A stretch of 63,552 nucleotides of DNA, counting the filler, from Aduncisulcus paluster (lineage: Eukaryota): assembly GCA_024181965.1 (NCBI GenBank). It is 3 parts of 3 records of this genome, joined end to end, with 100 filler letters (N's around TTAATTAATTAA, not from the genome) between each part and the next. Parts side by side here need not be neighbours in the genome. Positions count along the whole stretch, not along the records: positions 1 to 29,498 come from BQXS01012721.1; 2 more parts are not named here. One strand, given 5' to 3'. The translations under genes and the position numbers were made by a program. The notes beneath the pieces are model-generated. The model was not told where the DNA came from and did no database searches. It saw only the letters and a list, made by a program, of their open reading frames with translations. Below, one piece after another: positions 12,801 to 25,270 of this stretch (its first letter is position 1; each line of letters opens with the position of its first letter).

Positions 12801-14348
12801 GAATGTCTTGATGATGTATTTTTAGCTTATCCAAGTCTTGTCCATCGAGATATAAAACCTGACAACTTCCTCGTTCGTGTTGATCCTGATTCGAAGAAAT
12901 GCACTGTTGTTCTCTCTGATCTCGGATTAGTTCAGATTATGGATTCAATATTATCTTCAACTTCTTCCAAATGTTTTGTTGATTTTGACTCTTCTAAATC
13001 ATCTAAAACAAAGAAGAAAAGGAAAACATCAAAACAAAGACCTTCTCGGAGTGGAACCCTTGTTTATAACTCTTATGAAACTCTTCAGGAGGGAACTCAG
13101 AACCAAAATACCGATGGATATTCTCTTGGAATGTCAATTCTTGCATTATTTCTAGGTGTTGCTCCTTTTGTAACAATGCCCGGATATAGAGAAGTTGCAA
13201 AACAAGTTCGTAGAGGAGAGCTCGAGAAAAAAGAAATTATGGAACATATTCTTCAATTAATGAAAGATGATCGTTGTCAGAACCTTTCTCGTGCTCCTCT
13301 TTTCAAATCACTGAAAACCCTAGATGGCGGTCGTTATAAACCTATTTTCAATGTCTTTGATGAAGTATTCAAAGGTTTAACCCATCATGTTAGCAGTGAA
13401 CGTATGAGTGTTCATCAAGCTCGTGAGAAAGTAGAACATATCAAATATCTCCTGCCTGAGATAGGTGACGGTTGGAAATGTCCCAGTATTAAGGATTGTG
13501 TTAAGAATTATCTAAGTTTGCATGGTACTCCAAAACCTTTGATTGCTCCTCCTTATAATGCTCAACGAAAAGCATATCCCAAATCTCAGAAACCTACTCG
13601 TGTTGTTGACCATGTTGAAGATCGTGATCCAGAAAAACCACCAAGAAAAGAAGAGGAGGAAGAAGAAAAAGAAGAGGAGGAAGAAGAAAAAGAAGAGGAA
13701 AGGAGTGGAAGCGATGATGAAAGAAGAAGTTATTTAGAGTCCTCAATCTCTGATGGTCCAGTTCCACTTTGTCAAGATTCATTANNNNNNNNNNNNNNNN
13801 NNNNTACTCCAAAACCTTTGATTGCTCCTCCTTATAATGCTCAACGAAAAGCATATCCCAAATCTCAGAAACCTACTCGTGTTGTTGACCATGTTGAAGA
13901 TCGTGATCCAGACAAACCACCAAGAAAAGAAGAGGAGGAAGAAGAAAAAGAAGAGGAGGAAGAAGAAAAAGAAGAGGAAAGGAGTGGAAGCGATGATGAA
14001 AGAAGAAGTTATTTAGAGTCCTCAATCTCTGATGGTCCAGTTCCACTTTGTCAAGATTCATTATCAAAACAATGTACTGTTGGTGATCACCGAGATGTTT
14101 ATTCATTTGTAGTTGAAGGAGATGGATCTCGTAGGAAAATAATTCCAAAGATAAGCAGCTCCATGATATCTTCATCAAGTCAAACTTCTACCAAACAGAG
14201 TACTGTTGGTGATCACCGAGGTGATTACTCATTTTCAATTGAAGGAGATGGATCTCACAGGGAAATAATTCCAAAGATACCACTAACCAAAGAAATATCC
14301 AGCCAAACCTCTACTAAACAAAGTAGAATGGACCAGAGATTTAAATAA
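9804..14348 (+). CDS. Tandem two-domain Ser/Thr protein kinase with two intervening ~160-aa beta-rich domains
   Basis: Kinase 1 (~9940-11080): GRGGFS, CVLKEM, HRDIKPDN, SDLG, CGTLVY. Kinase 2 (~12400-13500): GHGGFG, HRDIKPDN, SDLG. Two homologous domains at ~11277-11760 and ~11835-12310. True length is shorter because 13526-13784 is duplicated across a gap. Confidence 0.9.
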   Translation: MSVVLTKYEIFINPNSFKKSPPRIHLKSSTVHAVELPIEGDLMTITSSSAIEQLCYLGRGGFSATFLVKVDGIPIPCVLKEMFYNNDKKMCRKEFLIQRELFNNPKCFNRIPRPLYILDVEFKGVYGFIMEYCAGGHVWDFARSWCVVEGFEHQGEEEEEDSSSLPFDDSDSSLPDLYIDPMTMNPVKVAALCVGMIECLDDVFTAKPSLVHRDIKPDNFLVRVDPKDGECTIVLSDLGLSRFQGILSTSQLSLSFDLPSSKPSLDEIQQDVKKRNPQKAKRSICGTLVYNSYESLREGIQTQKSDAYSLGISIFAMFLGQHPFLGFPIFRYIDSNGQFILRLIKFLEDSSLSNYLIDSPLFESLRVIEGGKYQPVHECLQKVFEGLTQLDADDRMSVHKARMMVRDIKHLLPKIGEGWQCPTIKDVIKEQNRIFEEQEYSFGYRASKIFSDSMDRSEIDNPIDEVISKDKSHLDARISTQDVPRGEDDVSREIIPTFISEGNFECIPISRDDPSSLCPMISNIKAMNATLNENDPKYDQSLNIQKMFQGEYYNGYLTHISLPFSPSTALKGVYICVGCDMFSNAPPSHLTFTFTSSRKQKTSKKYNFSKIDGIGWFSLPVDLTDVVLCEIEGKGLGTRDYFIIYSLVFFREESPHESIDRQSKESTISSQWRKAELIYPKFIVGGFVEAIPTSNDDPAIVTPTFDRVLGKDDLLSPKSKCYDHLQLSVQEMLKGQSGVYLSHLSIPFSSPSPLKGVYVCLHNYCSSPSLLFTFTHSNGKQSSKKYEFTRPKLWHEWFFLTIDLPDVVLCEINGKGRWEEKNSRRFYLGSLVFIQGSDIPALPSDSSKVPKQSKYDKLTLTSASAIDLQCIIGHGGFGEVLLVKVNGIPIPCVLKKMLRKTDEKVMKDCQMEFNVQRKLFNDPKCLNRIPRPLYIVNLLDAKFRGVYGFLMEYCIGGSVKDFSVRWCSDGKYADLYDSLYIDPMTLNPVKVAALCVGMIECLDDVFLAYPSLVHRDIKPDNFLVRVDPDSKKCTVVLSDLGLVQIMDSILSSTSSKCFVDFDSSKSSKTKKKRKTSKQRPSRSGTLVYNSYETLQEGTQNQNTDGYSLGMSILALFLGVAPFVTMPGYREVAKQVRRGELEKKEIMEHILQLMKDDRCQNLSRAPLFKSLKTLDGGRYKPIFNVFDEVFKGLTHHVSSERMSVHQAREKVEHIKYLLPEIGDGWKCPSIKDCVKNYLSLHGTPKPLIAPPYNAQRKAYPKSQKPTRVVDHVEDRDPEKPPRKEEEEEEKEEEEEEKEEERSGSDDERRSYLESSISDGPVPLCQDSLXXXXXXXTPKPLIAPPYNAQRKAYPKSQKPTRVVDHVEDRDPDKPPRKEEEEEEKEEEEEEKEEERSGSDDERRSYLESSISDGPVPLCQDSLSKQCTVGDHRDVYSFVVEGDGSRRKIIPKISSSMISSSSQTSTKQSTVGDHRGDYSFSIEGDGSHREIIPKIPLTKEISSQTSTKQSRMDQRFK
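13526..14063. other. Assembly overlap duplication around a 20-N gap (13785-13804)
   Basis: 13526-13784 is repeated at 13805-14063 with a GAA/GAC difference. Confidence 0.9.
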
Positions 14349-14499
14349 AAATACATGAATAAATAATGATGTATGGGAAAATATTGCAGCAACGTGTTTT
14401 GATACAGCATTCAATTCTTCGGTTATATTCAATTCAATACCTTTTTTGTATTAGTCTGGAGCATTTCTGGTTCTGCCATTCGATAGATTCATGGCTATA

Positions 14500-14547
14500 T
14501 TGTGCTAGTTTTGTGCTAGTTTTGTGCTAGTTTTGTGCTAGTTTTGT
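14500..14547. repeat. 11-bp minisatellite (TTGTGCTAGTT)x4.4
   Basis: Four perfect tandem copies read directly. Confidence 0.95.
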
Positions 14548-15228
14548 CATCATTATTACCATTACTTGTGGGTGAAAAAGAAGAAGATCTATAGAAGGCA
14601 AAGAACTTCTTGAAGAAAAGAGAACTATCACACCAGCTCTGATTATGATATTATGGAAGACATGTTTCTATTTTTTCAATGGAACTCATAAATTAAGTTT
14701 CATTTTAGATAAATTAAAGAATTCATTTCAAATCTTACCGGGCAAAACAAGACTTTTATGAAACCAAAACTTACAAGTTGCATTAAGATAATCTTCCTTG
14801 ATAGATGGTCATGAATATATTTATAAAGCAGAATGAAATCTGTTCTCATTTATATTTCACCAGATTGTTGGTGTCAATAACGAATTACAGCGAACTTTTG
14901 ATAAAACCTACATTCTTACCATCTGAGTCCAATTTTATGGCATTTTTCGAATAATATATTTCACGAATAAGACCAATAATACATTTAAAATATCTTTGAG
15001 GAGTAAGGTTTGTTAAACCCTCATTTGACGCCATTTGGACAACATTACAAAATTTTATACGTCGAAAATCTCCATATCGTATGTCATAAATACCCATTAT
15101 GCCGGGATCCATTTTCAATTTAATTTAGTTCGCCCACAACACTAATTTTTATCATTGTCTCCTTAAAATACACCATTATCGAATATAATATAGGTCAAAA
15201 ACATATAAATACAGATCAAAATTTACGT

Positions 15229-17791
15229 ATGGAACACGACAAAGAGGAAGAAGAATTTTCGAGGTCATCAACTCAAAGTGATTATGACAACCAAGGTGAT
15301 CCTGATGATCCGGGAGATATGGACTCAAGGACATCAACTCAAGACATTCAATCGGACAGGCCTGAAAAAGAAACTATAATTGCTCAGGATATGGATAAAA
15401 GTAGTGATTCATCTGTTTCATCTCCTTCATCAAGTTCATCAACTTTTCCTTCAGATTCAGCTTCTTCAAGAATTAAATCCACAATTCCTCAACACTTATC
15501 GCATTCAGACATTCCCAAGGGTGATCATGGATCGGATAGTTCGAGTTATCATTGGTCAGATCAATATGCTCTTCCTGGTCTTCCTTCAATCAATGGTCTT
15601 CTTCATCCTTCATCTTCTGAACCTCAATCAAGGGAATCCGAGCGTGTGCCCAACTCTGATCGGATAACATTGACATCTGATTCATTTTCTTCACGTCTTC
15701 ACTCCCAATTCTTTCATCCTTCATCACATTCAGATCAGTCTTCAGATTTAGATTCTTCAAGAATTCAATCCACAATCACACCTCGTCCATCATATTCAGC
15801 CAGACATGCTCTTCATCAGCCTCCATCAAGGGAATCTATTGCCAAATCTGATGATATAATATTGACATCTTCTGAACAACAATCAAGGGAAGCAACATTG
15901 ACATCTGCCTCCTCTATCACTCCTTTGTGCATCATTGGCAGGGGTGGATTCGGAGAGGTGCTGCTTGTTGATGTTCATGATAAGGGTGTTGATTCTCTAT
16001 GTGTTCTGAAGAAGATGATTCATGTTGGCAGTTTAGATCTTGTTCGAATGTGTCGCAAAGAGTTCAAAATACAACGTAAATTATATGAAAACTGTAGGAA
16101 TCGTATCTCTCGTCCAATATTTATTCTTGACCTTCTTGATAAGGAATACAACGGTAGTTTTGGTTTTATCATGGAGTATTGTGCTGGAGGTAGTGTGAAA
16201 GAGTTTAACAGAAGTTGGTGCATAAAAAATGTATCTCTCTTAAAAGATTCAAGCTCTGATCTTGCCTCATTCCCTCATCGTTTTGATCCCATGACTCTTG
16301 ACCCGCTTAAAGTGAGTGCTCTCTGTGTTGAGATCATTGAGTGTCTTGCTGATGTATTTAAAACTAATCCAGGGTTCGTTCATCGAGATATCAAACCTGA
16401 GAACTTTTTGATTAAGGTTGATCGCAAAAGTAGTGAATGCACTGCCGTTCTTTCTGATCATGGTCTCGCTCTAATCAAAAGATCTGTTACTCTTGGATAT
16501 TTATATTCGGAATCTTCTTCTACGGGTGCATCTCAGAAAAGTTCAAAATTATCAACCAACCATGTATTATGTGGCACATTTGGATATGACTCATTTGAAG
16601 CTCTTCAAGGCATGTACTCTCAAAAAAGTGATGCATATTCCCTCGGTATTACCATTCTTGCTTTATTCCAGTGTTGCAATCCATTCTATGAAATGCGTCT
16701 TTTGCAGAATGCTTCCTCTCCAATTGAATTTGTTGGAAAACTCAAAAAGCTGATCAAAATGAATGAGGGTCCAAAACTCTCCAGCTCTCCTCTTTTTGCT
16801 TCAATATTAACTGTTAACAGTGGTGAGTTTGAATCTGTTCATACCTGTCTGAATGAAGTGTTCGAAGGATTGACAACTTTAGAAGTTGGCAAACGTATGA
16901 GTGTTCATGAAGCTTGTGAGAAAGTTCAATCCATCAAACCTCTTCCAAAGATTGGAGAAGGGTGGAAATATCCATCCATTGACGATATTGTGAAGGCTCA
17001 GGTTGCAAAATATAGAGGTTACCGTGGATATATTGCTGAAAAGGAAAGTGAAAGTATTAAAGAAAGTGATGACACAGTTTCATCCACATTCATTCCATCT
17101 AAACTCCAAAGTAATGAGAAAGAATCTCGTGATATTCCTTCCTATTGTAAAGAACAAGAGAGAACTGAAAAAAATTACCCTAATATTGTGAAGACCCAGC
17201 ATATTGGTGATTCTGGATACATTCAAGAGGCTAATTCGGGTCAAAATGTGTTACCACAAGGTTGGGAAGGTGGTTTCAGTCATCCAACAGAATCCAACAA
17301 AACAAATGCAAGTTCAAGTGTTTTAAGAGAAGAAGAAGAAGAAGATTTGGGGAAAGAATCTGAAATCTTGAAACTGAGATTGAAAATTGAGGAAAAGAAG
17401 AGGATGGATCAGGAGACAAGGAAGAGGAAGAAAGCAGATCTCAAGGCTGATGATGTGATGGTTGAATTAAAGACTTCGATTTTGTCAATCAAAAGAACTG
17501 AGTCTCAACCTGCCATCACATCCCTTTACAAAGAATCATATCCTCGTCTCAAGGCTATCTTTGATGAATTCGCTTCTTCTTCACCCTCTGCTATCACATC
17601 CAATATAGATCTCTTTGAGCTTTGTTTCGAATGTTTGTCCTTGTTCGTGAAGCATAAAGTTACAAAGAGAGATGGGACTTTGAAGGAAGATAAGGATGAT
17701 ATTGAGGTTATTCTTGATAGTTCTTCCATCAAGAACATTAATGACACTTTCTTGCCTTCAATGATCCGAGTTGAAAATATCCTGAGAGTGA

Positions 17792-17822
<31 letters not shown>

Positions 17823-20800
17823 TGGTAGAACTGGTGAAGCTGGAGTGAATTCTATAACAATGTTATTGTTCAGGATAATTGGTGTTTCTACAGTTCATGT
17901 TGAATACCTTTTCTTTTCCATTTTCCCCCAAATCTCTCCCCTTCTCTCCAAGATGTTTATTCTTGGCCTATCCAAGAAATTTGAAGATTCTTTTATTGAG
18001 GACATCCTACAAACATGCAGAAATATTGCATTTGCCAAAGATGATCCCACCAAGAACTCTCTTTTATCCCTTCTTCTCCCTCACATCTTACCTTGGATGA
18101 AGAAGTATCCCGACAAGAAGTTCTTTTTCTTGTGGACAAACATCTTGAAGAATATCACGAATGATAAAGATAACATTGGTTCTCATAAAGATCGTTCCTC
18201 ACAACTCTGGTTTGTCTTCCATCCTGTCTTGGATGTGATTAAGGATACTGCTTCCAAAGGTATTACATTTGATGATGATGCTGTCATTCGTTGTTTATTG
18301 TTCTTCGTTAACTTGAGTTGTATTCCTTCCCAAGCTGTTGAAGTGCATGATTGTATTAAAGATGGTCTTCTTGATGGTTGGTTTGAGATGATAAAGAAGA
18401 AGAGTGAAGAAGGGAAAGATGATGGTAATTGGGGAATTAAATACTGGTCCAGACTCATTTCCATGTTCTCCAGTGTTCCATCTCTTGTTCATCACATATC
18501 TCCCAAATATGATACCAACATGGAGTGGTGCAAGAATAATGTAGGTTTGGGTTGGAGTTTATATTATTCAAGATATCTTGGTAACTGCTATCCTTCTCTG
18601 AAGAAATGGTCAGATTTAGTTGAATCTATCAACAAGTGCCCTGACTCAGAATCTACTTCCAAACTCTACCATAAACATCGAGATGAGATTCTTTCTGTCT
18701 TTCTTGCATTCCAATCAAAGAGTGAGATTGAAGAGCACAAGAGAGAGATTGTTCTTTGTGTTCAGTGTTTAAAATGGTTTGTTGTGCATGATATTTCTGG
18801 AAACCATATCTATCTCCCTATTCCTGATCTAAATGATCTCATTGACACTTTCATTGGTCATCTATCAAGATGTGAGGAAGTGTTGGAAGGAGATGTTGAT
18901 GAAGAGTATTGTAGGATTTGTGTAATTTATACTTTCAAAGTTCACGATAAAAAGGATTCCTTCCTTCCAAAGATCTCCCCCACTTTCCAACATATTCTTG
19001 ATAGAGGAAGTAAGGGGAAGTTGGGAGGCAATGTTGCTCCAAATTTATTAAATACTCTCAAAAACCTCTCTATCTCTCCCTCTTCTTCCACTCGATCCTC
19101 TATTTTCACCCTCATCAAACCATATATCAGAGATTGGTTGAGGATATACAATGATAGTAAGTGTTATGGAAGATGGATGTTTATTCTATCACATATCACC
19201 CTCTCAAGTGATAACAAATCCCCAAACAAATCCATCTGTTCTGAAGTTTGGTCTATCTTCCACCCTGTTCTTGATGTTGTTAAGAGAGATTTTGTTGGAG
19301 ATAAGATTGTCGGAAATATCCATGAAAGAGTTTTATTATTCTTCTCCAACTTATGTTGTGATCCATTACATGCTGTTGAAGTCTATGATAATGTTAAGGA
19401 TCTTCTTGATGGGTGGTTTACAGTTATAAAGAAGGAAGAACATGATTTGGGAATCAAATACTGGTCCAGACTCATTTCCATATTCTCCACTGTTCCATCT
19501 CTTGTTCCTTTCATATCTTCCAGATATGATGACAACATGGAGTGGTGCTATAAGAATGGCGGTTTGAATGAAGATTTTTCAAGATATCTTGAAAATTATA
19601 ATATAATTCTCAGATTAGTTAAATTGATTGATGAAATCAAGAAATGCGACAATATAGAATCGATTTCAAAACTCTATATCGAACGAAGAAATGAGATTCT
19701 GTCGGTTTTTCTTGCTTACCAAACAAATCATAAAGAGCACACGAGAGAGATTATTCTTTGTGTTCAGTGTTTAAGATTGTTTGTACAACACTCTATTTCT
19801 GAAAATAATATCTATCTCCCTATTCCTGATCTGAATGATCTCATTGACACTTTCATTGATCATCTATCAAGATGTGAGGAAGTGTTGGAAGACGATGTTG
19901 ATGAAGAGTATTGTAGGTTTTGTGTAATTTATACTTTCAAAGTTAAAGATAAATTGGATTCCTTCCTTCCAAAGATCTCCCCCACTTTCCAAAGTATTCT
20001 TGAGAGAGGAAGTAAGGAGAAGTTGGGAGGTGATGTTGCTCTACGTTTATTATCAACTCTCAGAAACATCTCTATCTCTACCTCTTCTTCCACTCGATCC
20101 TCTATTCTCACCCTCATCAAACCATATATCAGAGATTGGTTGAGGATATACAATGATAGTAAGTGTTATGGAAGTTGGATGGTTATTCTATCACATATCA
20201 CCCTCTCAAGTGATAACAAATCCCCAAACAAATCCATCTGTTCTGAAGCTTGGCCTCTCTTTCACCCTGTTCTTGATGTTGTTAAGAGAGAGTTTGTTGG
20301 GGATAAGATTGTTGGAAATAATAATGAATATGTTTTATTATTCTTCTCCAACTTATGTTGTGATCCATCACATGCTGTTGAAGTCTATGATAATGTTAAG
20401 GATCTTCTTGATGGGTGGTTTACAGTTATAAAGAAGAAAAAACATGAATGGGGAATCAAATACTGGGCCATGCTTCTTTCCATGATCTCCACTGTTCCAT
20501 CTCTTGTTCCTCACATATCTCCTAAATATGATGCCAACATGGAGTGGTGTAAGAATAATGTAGGTTTGGGTTGGAGTTTATATTATTCAAGATATCTTGG
20601 TAACTGCTATCCTTCTCTGAAGAAATGGTCAGAATTGGTTGAAACCATTAAGAAATCCCCTGACTCAGAATCAACTTCCAAACTCTACCATGAACATCGA
20701 GATGAGATTCTTTCTGTCTTTCTTGCATTCCAATCAAAGAGTGAGATTGAAGAGCACAAGAGAGAGATTATTCTTTGTGCTCAGTGTTTAAGATGGTTTG

Positions 20801-22785
20801 TTAGACATGTTATTTCTGGAAATGATATCTATCTCCCTATTCCTGATCTAAATGATCTCATTGACACTTTCATTGGTCATCTATCAAGATGTGAGGAAGT
20901 GTTGGAAGGAGATGTCGATGAAGAGTATTGTAGGATTTGTATGTCTTATACTTTCAAAGTTCACGATAAATGGGATACCTTCCTTCCAAAGATCTCCCCC
21001 ACTTTCCAACATATTCTTGAAACAGGAAGTAAGGAGAAGTTGGGAGGTAATGTTGCTCTACATTTATTATCTACTCTTAGTATCATCTCTATCTCTACCT
21101 CTTCTTCCACTCGATCCTCTATTTTCACCCTCATCAAACCATATATCAGAGATTGGTTGAGGATATACAATGATAGTGAGTGTTATGGAAGATGGATGTT
21201 TATTCTATCACATATCACCCTCTCAAGTGATAACAAATCCCCAAACAAACCCATCTGTTCTGAAGCTTGGCCTCTCTTCCACCCTGTTCTTGATGTTGTT
21301 AAGAGAGAGTTTGTTGGGGATAAGATTGTTGGGGATGAGCATGAAAGAGTTTTATTCTTCTTCTCTAACTTATGTTGTGATCCATCACATGCTGTTGAAG
21401 TCTATGATAATGTTAAGGATATTCTTGATGGGTGGTTTATAATTATAAAGAAGGAAAAACATAGAGGCGGAATCATATTCTGGTCCGATCTCATTTCCAT
21501 GCTCTCCACTGTTCCATCACTTGTTCCTCACATATCTCCCCAATATGATGCCAACATGGAGTGGTGCAAGAATAATGGGGGTTATAATGGGGATTGGTAT
21601 GAAGATTATTCAAGATATCTTGGTAACTGTTATCCTTCTCTGAAGAAATGGTCAGATTTAGTTGAATCTATCAACAAGTGCCCTGACTCAGAATCTACTT
21701 CCAAACTCTACCATGAACATCGAGATGAGATTCTTTCTGTCTTCCTTGCATTCCAATCAAAGAGTGAGATTGAAGAGCACAAGAGAGAGATTGGTCTTTG
21801 TGTTCAGTGTTTAATGTGGTTTGTTGGACATGTTATTTCTGGAAATGATATCTATCTCCCTATTCCTGATCTAAATGATCTCATTGACACTTTCATTGGT
21901 CATCTATCAAGATGTGAGGAAGTGTTGGAAGGAGATGTTGATGAAGAGTATTGTAGAATCTGTGTCATTTATACTTTCAAAGTTCACGATAAAAGATATT
22001 CCTTCCTTCCAAAGATCTCCCCCACTTTCCAACATATTCTTGAGAGAGGAAGTAAGGAGAAGTTGGGAGGTGACGTTGCTCTACGTTTATTATCAACTCT
22101 CAGAAACATCTCTATCTCTACCTCTTCTTCCACTCGATCCTCTATTCTCACCCTCATCAAACCATATATCAGAGATTGGTTGAGGATATACAATGATAGT
22201 AAGTGTTATGGAAGTTGGATGGTTATTCTATCACATATCACCCTCTCAAGTGATAACAAATCCCCAAACAAATCCATCTGTTCTGAAGCTTGGCCTCTCT
22301 TTCACCCTGTTCTTGATGTTGTTAAGAGAGAGTTTGTTGGGGATAAGATTGTTGGGGATGATCATGAAAGAGTTCTATTCTTCTTCTCCAACCTATGTTG
22401 TGATCCATTGCATGCTGTTGAAGTTTTCGATAACATTAAATCTCTTCTCGAAGGTTGTTTTAAAGCTATCCAATCCAAGAGAGCAGGATATGGTATTCCT
22501 ATATGGTCCAGACTCATCTCCATGTTCTCTTCTGTTCCATCTCTTATTCCTCAAATATCTCCTAGCTTTGATTCAGCCATGAAATGGTGCAACGATAATG
22601 GAAGAATTGAGGATTTATTGAGATTAAAGCTAATCGAAGCCGATGATGAATTTCTTGGCATCATTAAAGTTAAATCAAAGGATTCAAAAGAAAAAGAAGA
22701 AAAGGATGAAGAAAAGGCGTTTTGTACAATTTTTGATCACGATTATCAAAGGTTTGTTGATAATTGTAAATATAAATCAAAGTAA
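15229..22785 (+). CDS. Protein kinase fused to a long array of alpha-helical (HEAT/ARM-like) repeats
   Basis: Ser-rich N-terminus; kinase at ~15930-17000 (GRGGFG, CVLKKM, HRDIKPEN, SDHG, CGTFGY); C-terminal ~340-aa repeats; uninterrupted 2518-aa ORF. Confidence 0.9.
18440..22600 (+). repeat. Four ~1.0-kb near-identical coding tandem repeats
   Basis: Equivalent positions at 19151, 20153, 21170 and 22193 (periods 1002, 1017, 1023 nt); long stretches of nucleotide identity. Confidence 0.95.
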
Positions 22786-22856
22786 ACATAATATTATGAT
22801 AATATCATGATTTGATATCATCTTAATAGATCAACTTATCTCCCTCTCTTTCATTT

Positions 22857-23198
22857 CTACTCCTTCTTCAAAGAGTTCTTCGCTTCTTTCCTCTTCCTTG
22901 GTCTCAGAATATCATCAGTTTGCTTTGTCAAGATCATATACTGTTTTTTCGATATTCCCAACTCCTTGATGGATACAAAAGCTTCAATAAGCTTATCCCT
23001 TAACATCTCTGCTAATTCTTTCATATGGTGCTCTGGTGTGAATGCTATAGAGTTTTTCCAGATAAGTTCACTAAGAAACACGAGTTCTCCAAGATATCTA
23101 CAGTCAATGCACATAACTTTATCTCCTAGAAGACGCAAATCCATGGGATGTGAGATCTGAGATATATATAGATCCATTTCACCGAAAGAGGATTCCAT
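22857..23198 (-). pseudogene. Short ORF, probable gene fragment of unknown function
   Basis: 113-aa ORF with protein-like composition; upstream sequence looks coding but has stops and frameshifts. Confidence 0.3.
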
Positions 23199-23446
23199 AT
23201 TAACGAAATCTCCAAAGTATCAATTTTGTCAAGAAATTGAATCCTTAACATCTCCAAAAAGGAGATATTCTTTCAGAACTCTCGGTTGAAGCAAAATCAT
23301 CCAACGCTCGAATCGAAGAAACATTTACAAGAGATACACTCCTCAATTACAAGAATGGAAAATGTTTTTAAAAATGCGATCATTGCAACGGCAAACTATA
23401 TCAACTCCGAGTCCTCAGAGTCTAAGAAAAAAAATCCCCACATCTG

Positions 23447-25270
23447 ATGATTATGGGTGCGATGGGATTGAAATTGTACTATACGAATGATGATAGTGTT
23501 ATTGATGTCAATTCATCCCATGGGCATAGTGATTCCAAAATCATGTCGACTACTAGTCAGCCTAGTAAGTTTTGTGGTACAAAATTCCAGTCTGGAACCG
23601 AGTCAAAGAGACCGAAAGATGACATAAACATTGATCTAATAAGGAACTCGATGGAAGAGAAGGTCAAAGGTGCAGTAGGACACATGGAGACAACGAGGAA
23701 AGGGCTTGCAGAGTATTTAAAGAAACAACTCAATTTCCGGATGAGAATTAGTTATGAGGAGGGAAAGGCAGGGAGATTTGATGTAAAAACGAAAGAACAT
23801 AGACAACTACCAAAGCCAATTTCGATTTCAGGGTCCAGTATTGTTAATACTCATTGTGTACCCAGTGTAGCGATTGTAAATATAGAATTAAACTCACTGC
23901 AAAGGCATTATATACAAACGGAGACGGTGAATATACAGTGGGGAGAAAGTAAGAACAATCACGATCCTCAGTGTAGTATTGACATGAATTGTATTGAGGA
24001 GAAAGAAGATATTTCTTTGTACCTCGGAACAGCCAAAATCAAATCTCTAATACAAGAACATGTACAAAGTTTGTACAAACCAAGAAATTGGATCAATGTG
24101 TTGAAGAAATAGAAGCTGAATTGAAAACCACATTATCATATGACCGACAAGAAACGAGTAGCACGAATCTATAATGATAGTTTCAAGGCATAACATGACG
24201 ATAAAAGAGAAGAGATGGAGAGAACAATCTCGATTCTCCAAACAAAACTGAACGAAACAATGCACTGTGCATTGCACACGTTTGTATTGTACAATGAGGA
24301 CAACTTCCTCAAATCCCTCCTATGTATTTGTGTTCAATTCGAAAGGATGATCCATGACAACTTGTTTCCGGTCCTATTTGTGGATGGTACTTATAATAAG
24401 TAACTTATTCCACCATCAGAAGTGGACAGATTCTATATCCATTGACCACTGTAGCTGCCGACCATCGGCCTGTGACAGGCAATAATCTTCTTATTGGCTT
24501 CATTATCTGCAATTCTAAAGGGGAAAGGAAAAAAGAGCTAAGAGCTGTGCTTCTGGGATTTGGAGCCAACCGAGCTATACAATACTATACAATACTTTAT
24601 CGAGAACTGTGGAATTTCTGTTGGATATTGCATCAAAGTGGTGGAGAAAGACGTGTGACATCATCATGAGTGATGTGAAAAAGGGTAAAGACTTCCATGA
24701 ACAGATTCCTTCCCAATATATGGGTAAAAATACTTGCCGAAGAGTCTGTCATGATGTCAAAACTCACTGTGCTGGAATGCCTTGTTGTCATCGGAGGGCA
24801 ATGTCACGGGAAGCAAAAGATGATATTATGGAAGACACTAAAAGCTGTCAGTTCATTTCAATCAAAGAAACTGGAGCTACAACCATTGAGGATCGAAGCG
24901 ATAAGATTCTACGAAGAGGACTGAGTGAAGATATCATTTCTGATGTTTTAGAATCTAAAATAGATCTACTCAGCTTATCACGCAACTGGTGACAGAAAAA
25001 GCGTTGAAGAAAGAACTTGAGGAAGAAGGAGACGTTGATCAAGGTAAAAAAATCATTCAAGGAGCAATTGAATCCCTTGCACGAAGCAGAGGTGCACAAA
25101 TACATCGTGGAACAACCATACCAGCAAGAAAACTAGGAGCAATTGACAGAGAAAGAATGATTCGTCAATATCAGAATCTACTTGATGCTTGCAGAGCTAC
25201 AAATTCTTATCCCGGTCAATGTAAATGCCGACGTTCTTATAGTTGTGCAGAAAATATGACATAACGATGC
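23447..25270 (+). mobile_element. Degenerate Mutator-like (MULE) transposase pseudogene
   Basis: Fragmented ORFs carry, in order: VLFVDGTY (first catalytic Asp, 24371-24394), LLIGFII..E, IIMSD (second Asp), SWIM-type GMPCCH..A (~24775-24800), and a broken C-terminal zinc knuckle (~25226-25270). Many frameshifts and stops. No convincing TIRs found. Confidence 0.75.

Noticed and set aside
18440..22600. Diversity-generating retroelement behind the variable repeats
   Set aside because: No reverse transcriptase or separate template repeat in the window, and the differences are not obviously adenine-specific.
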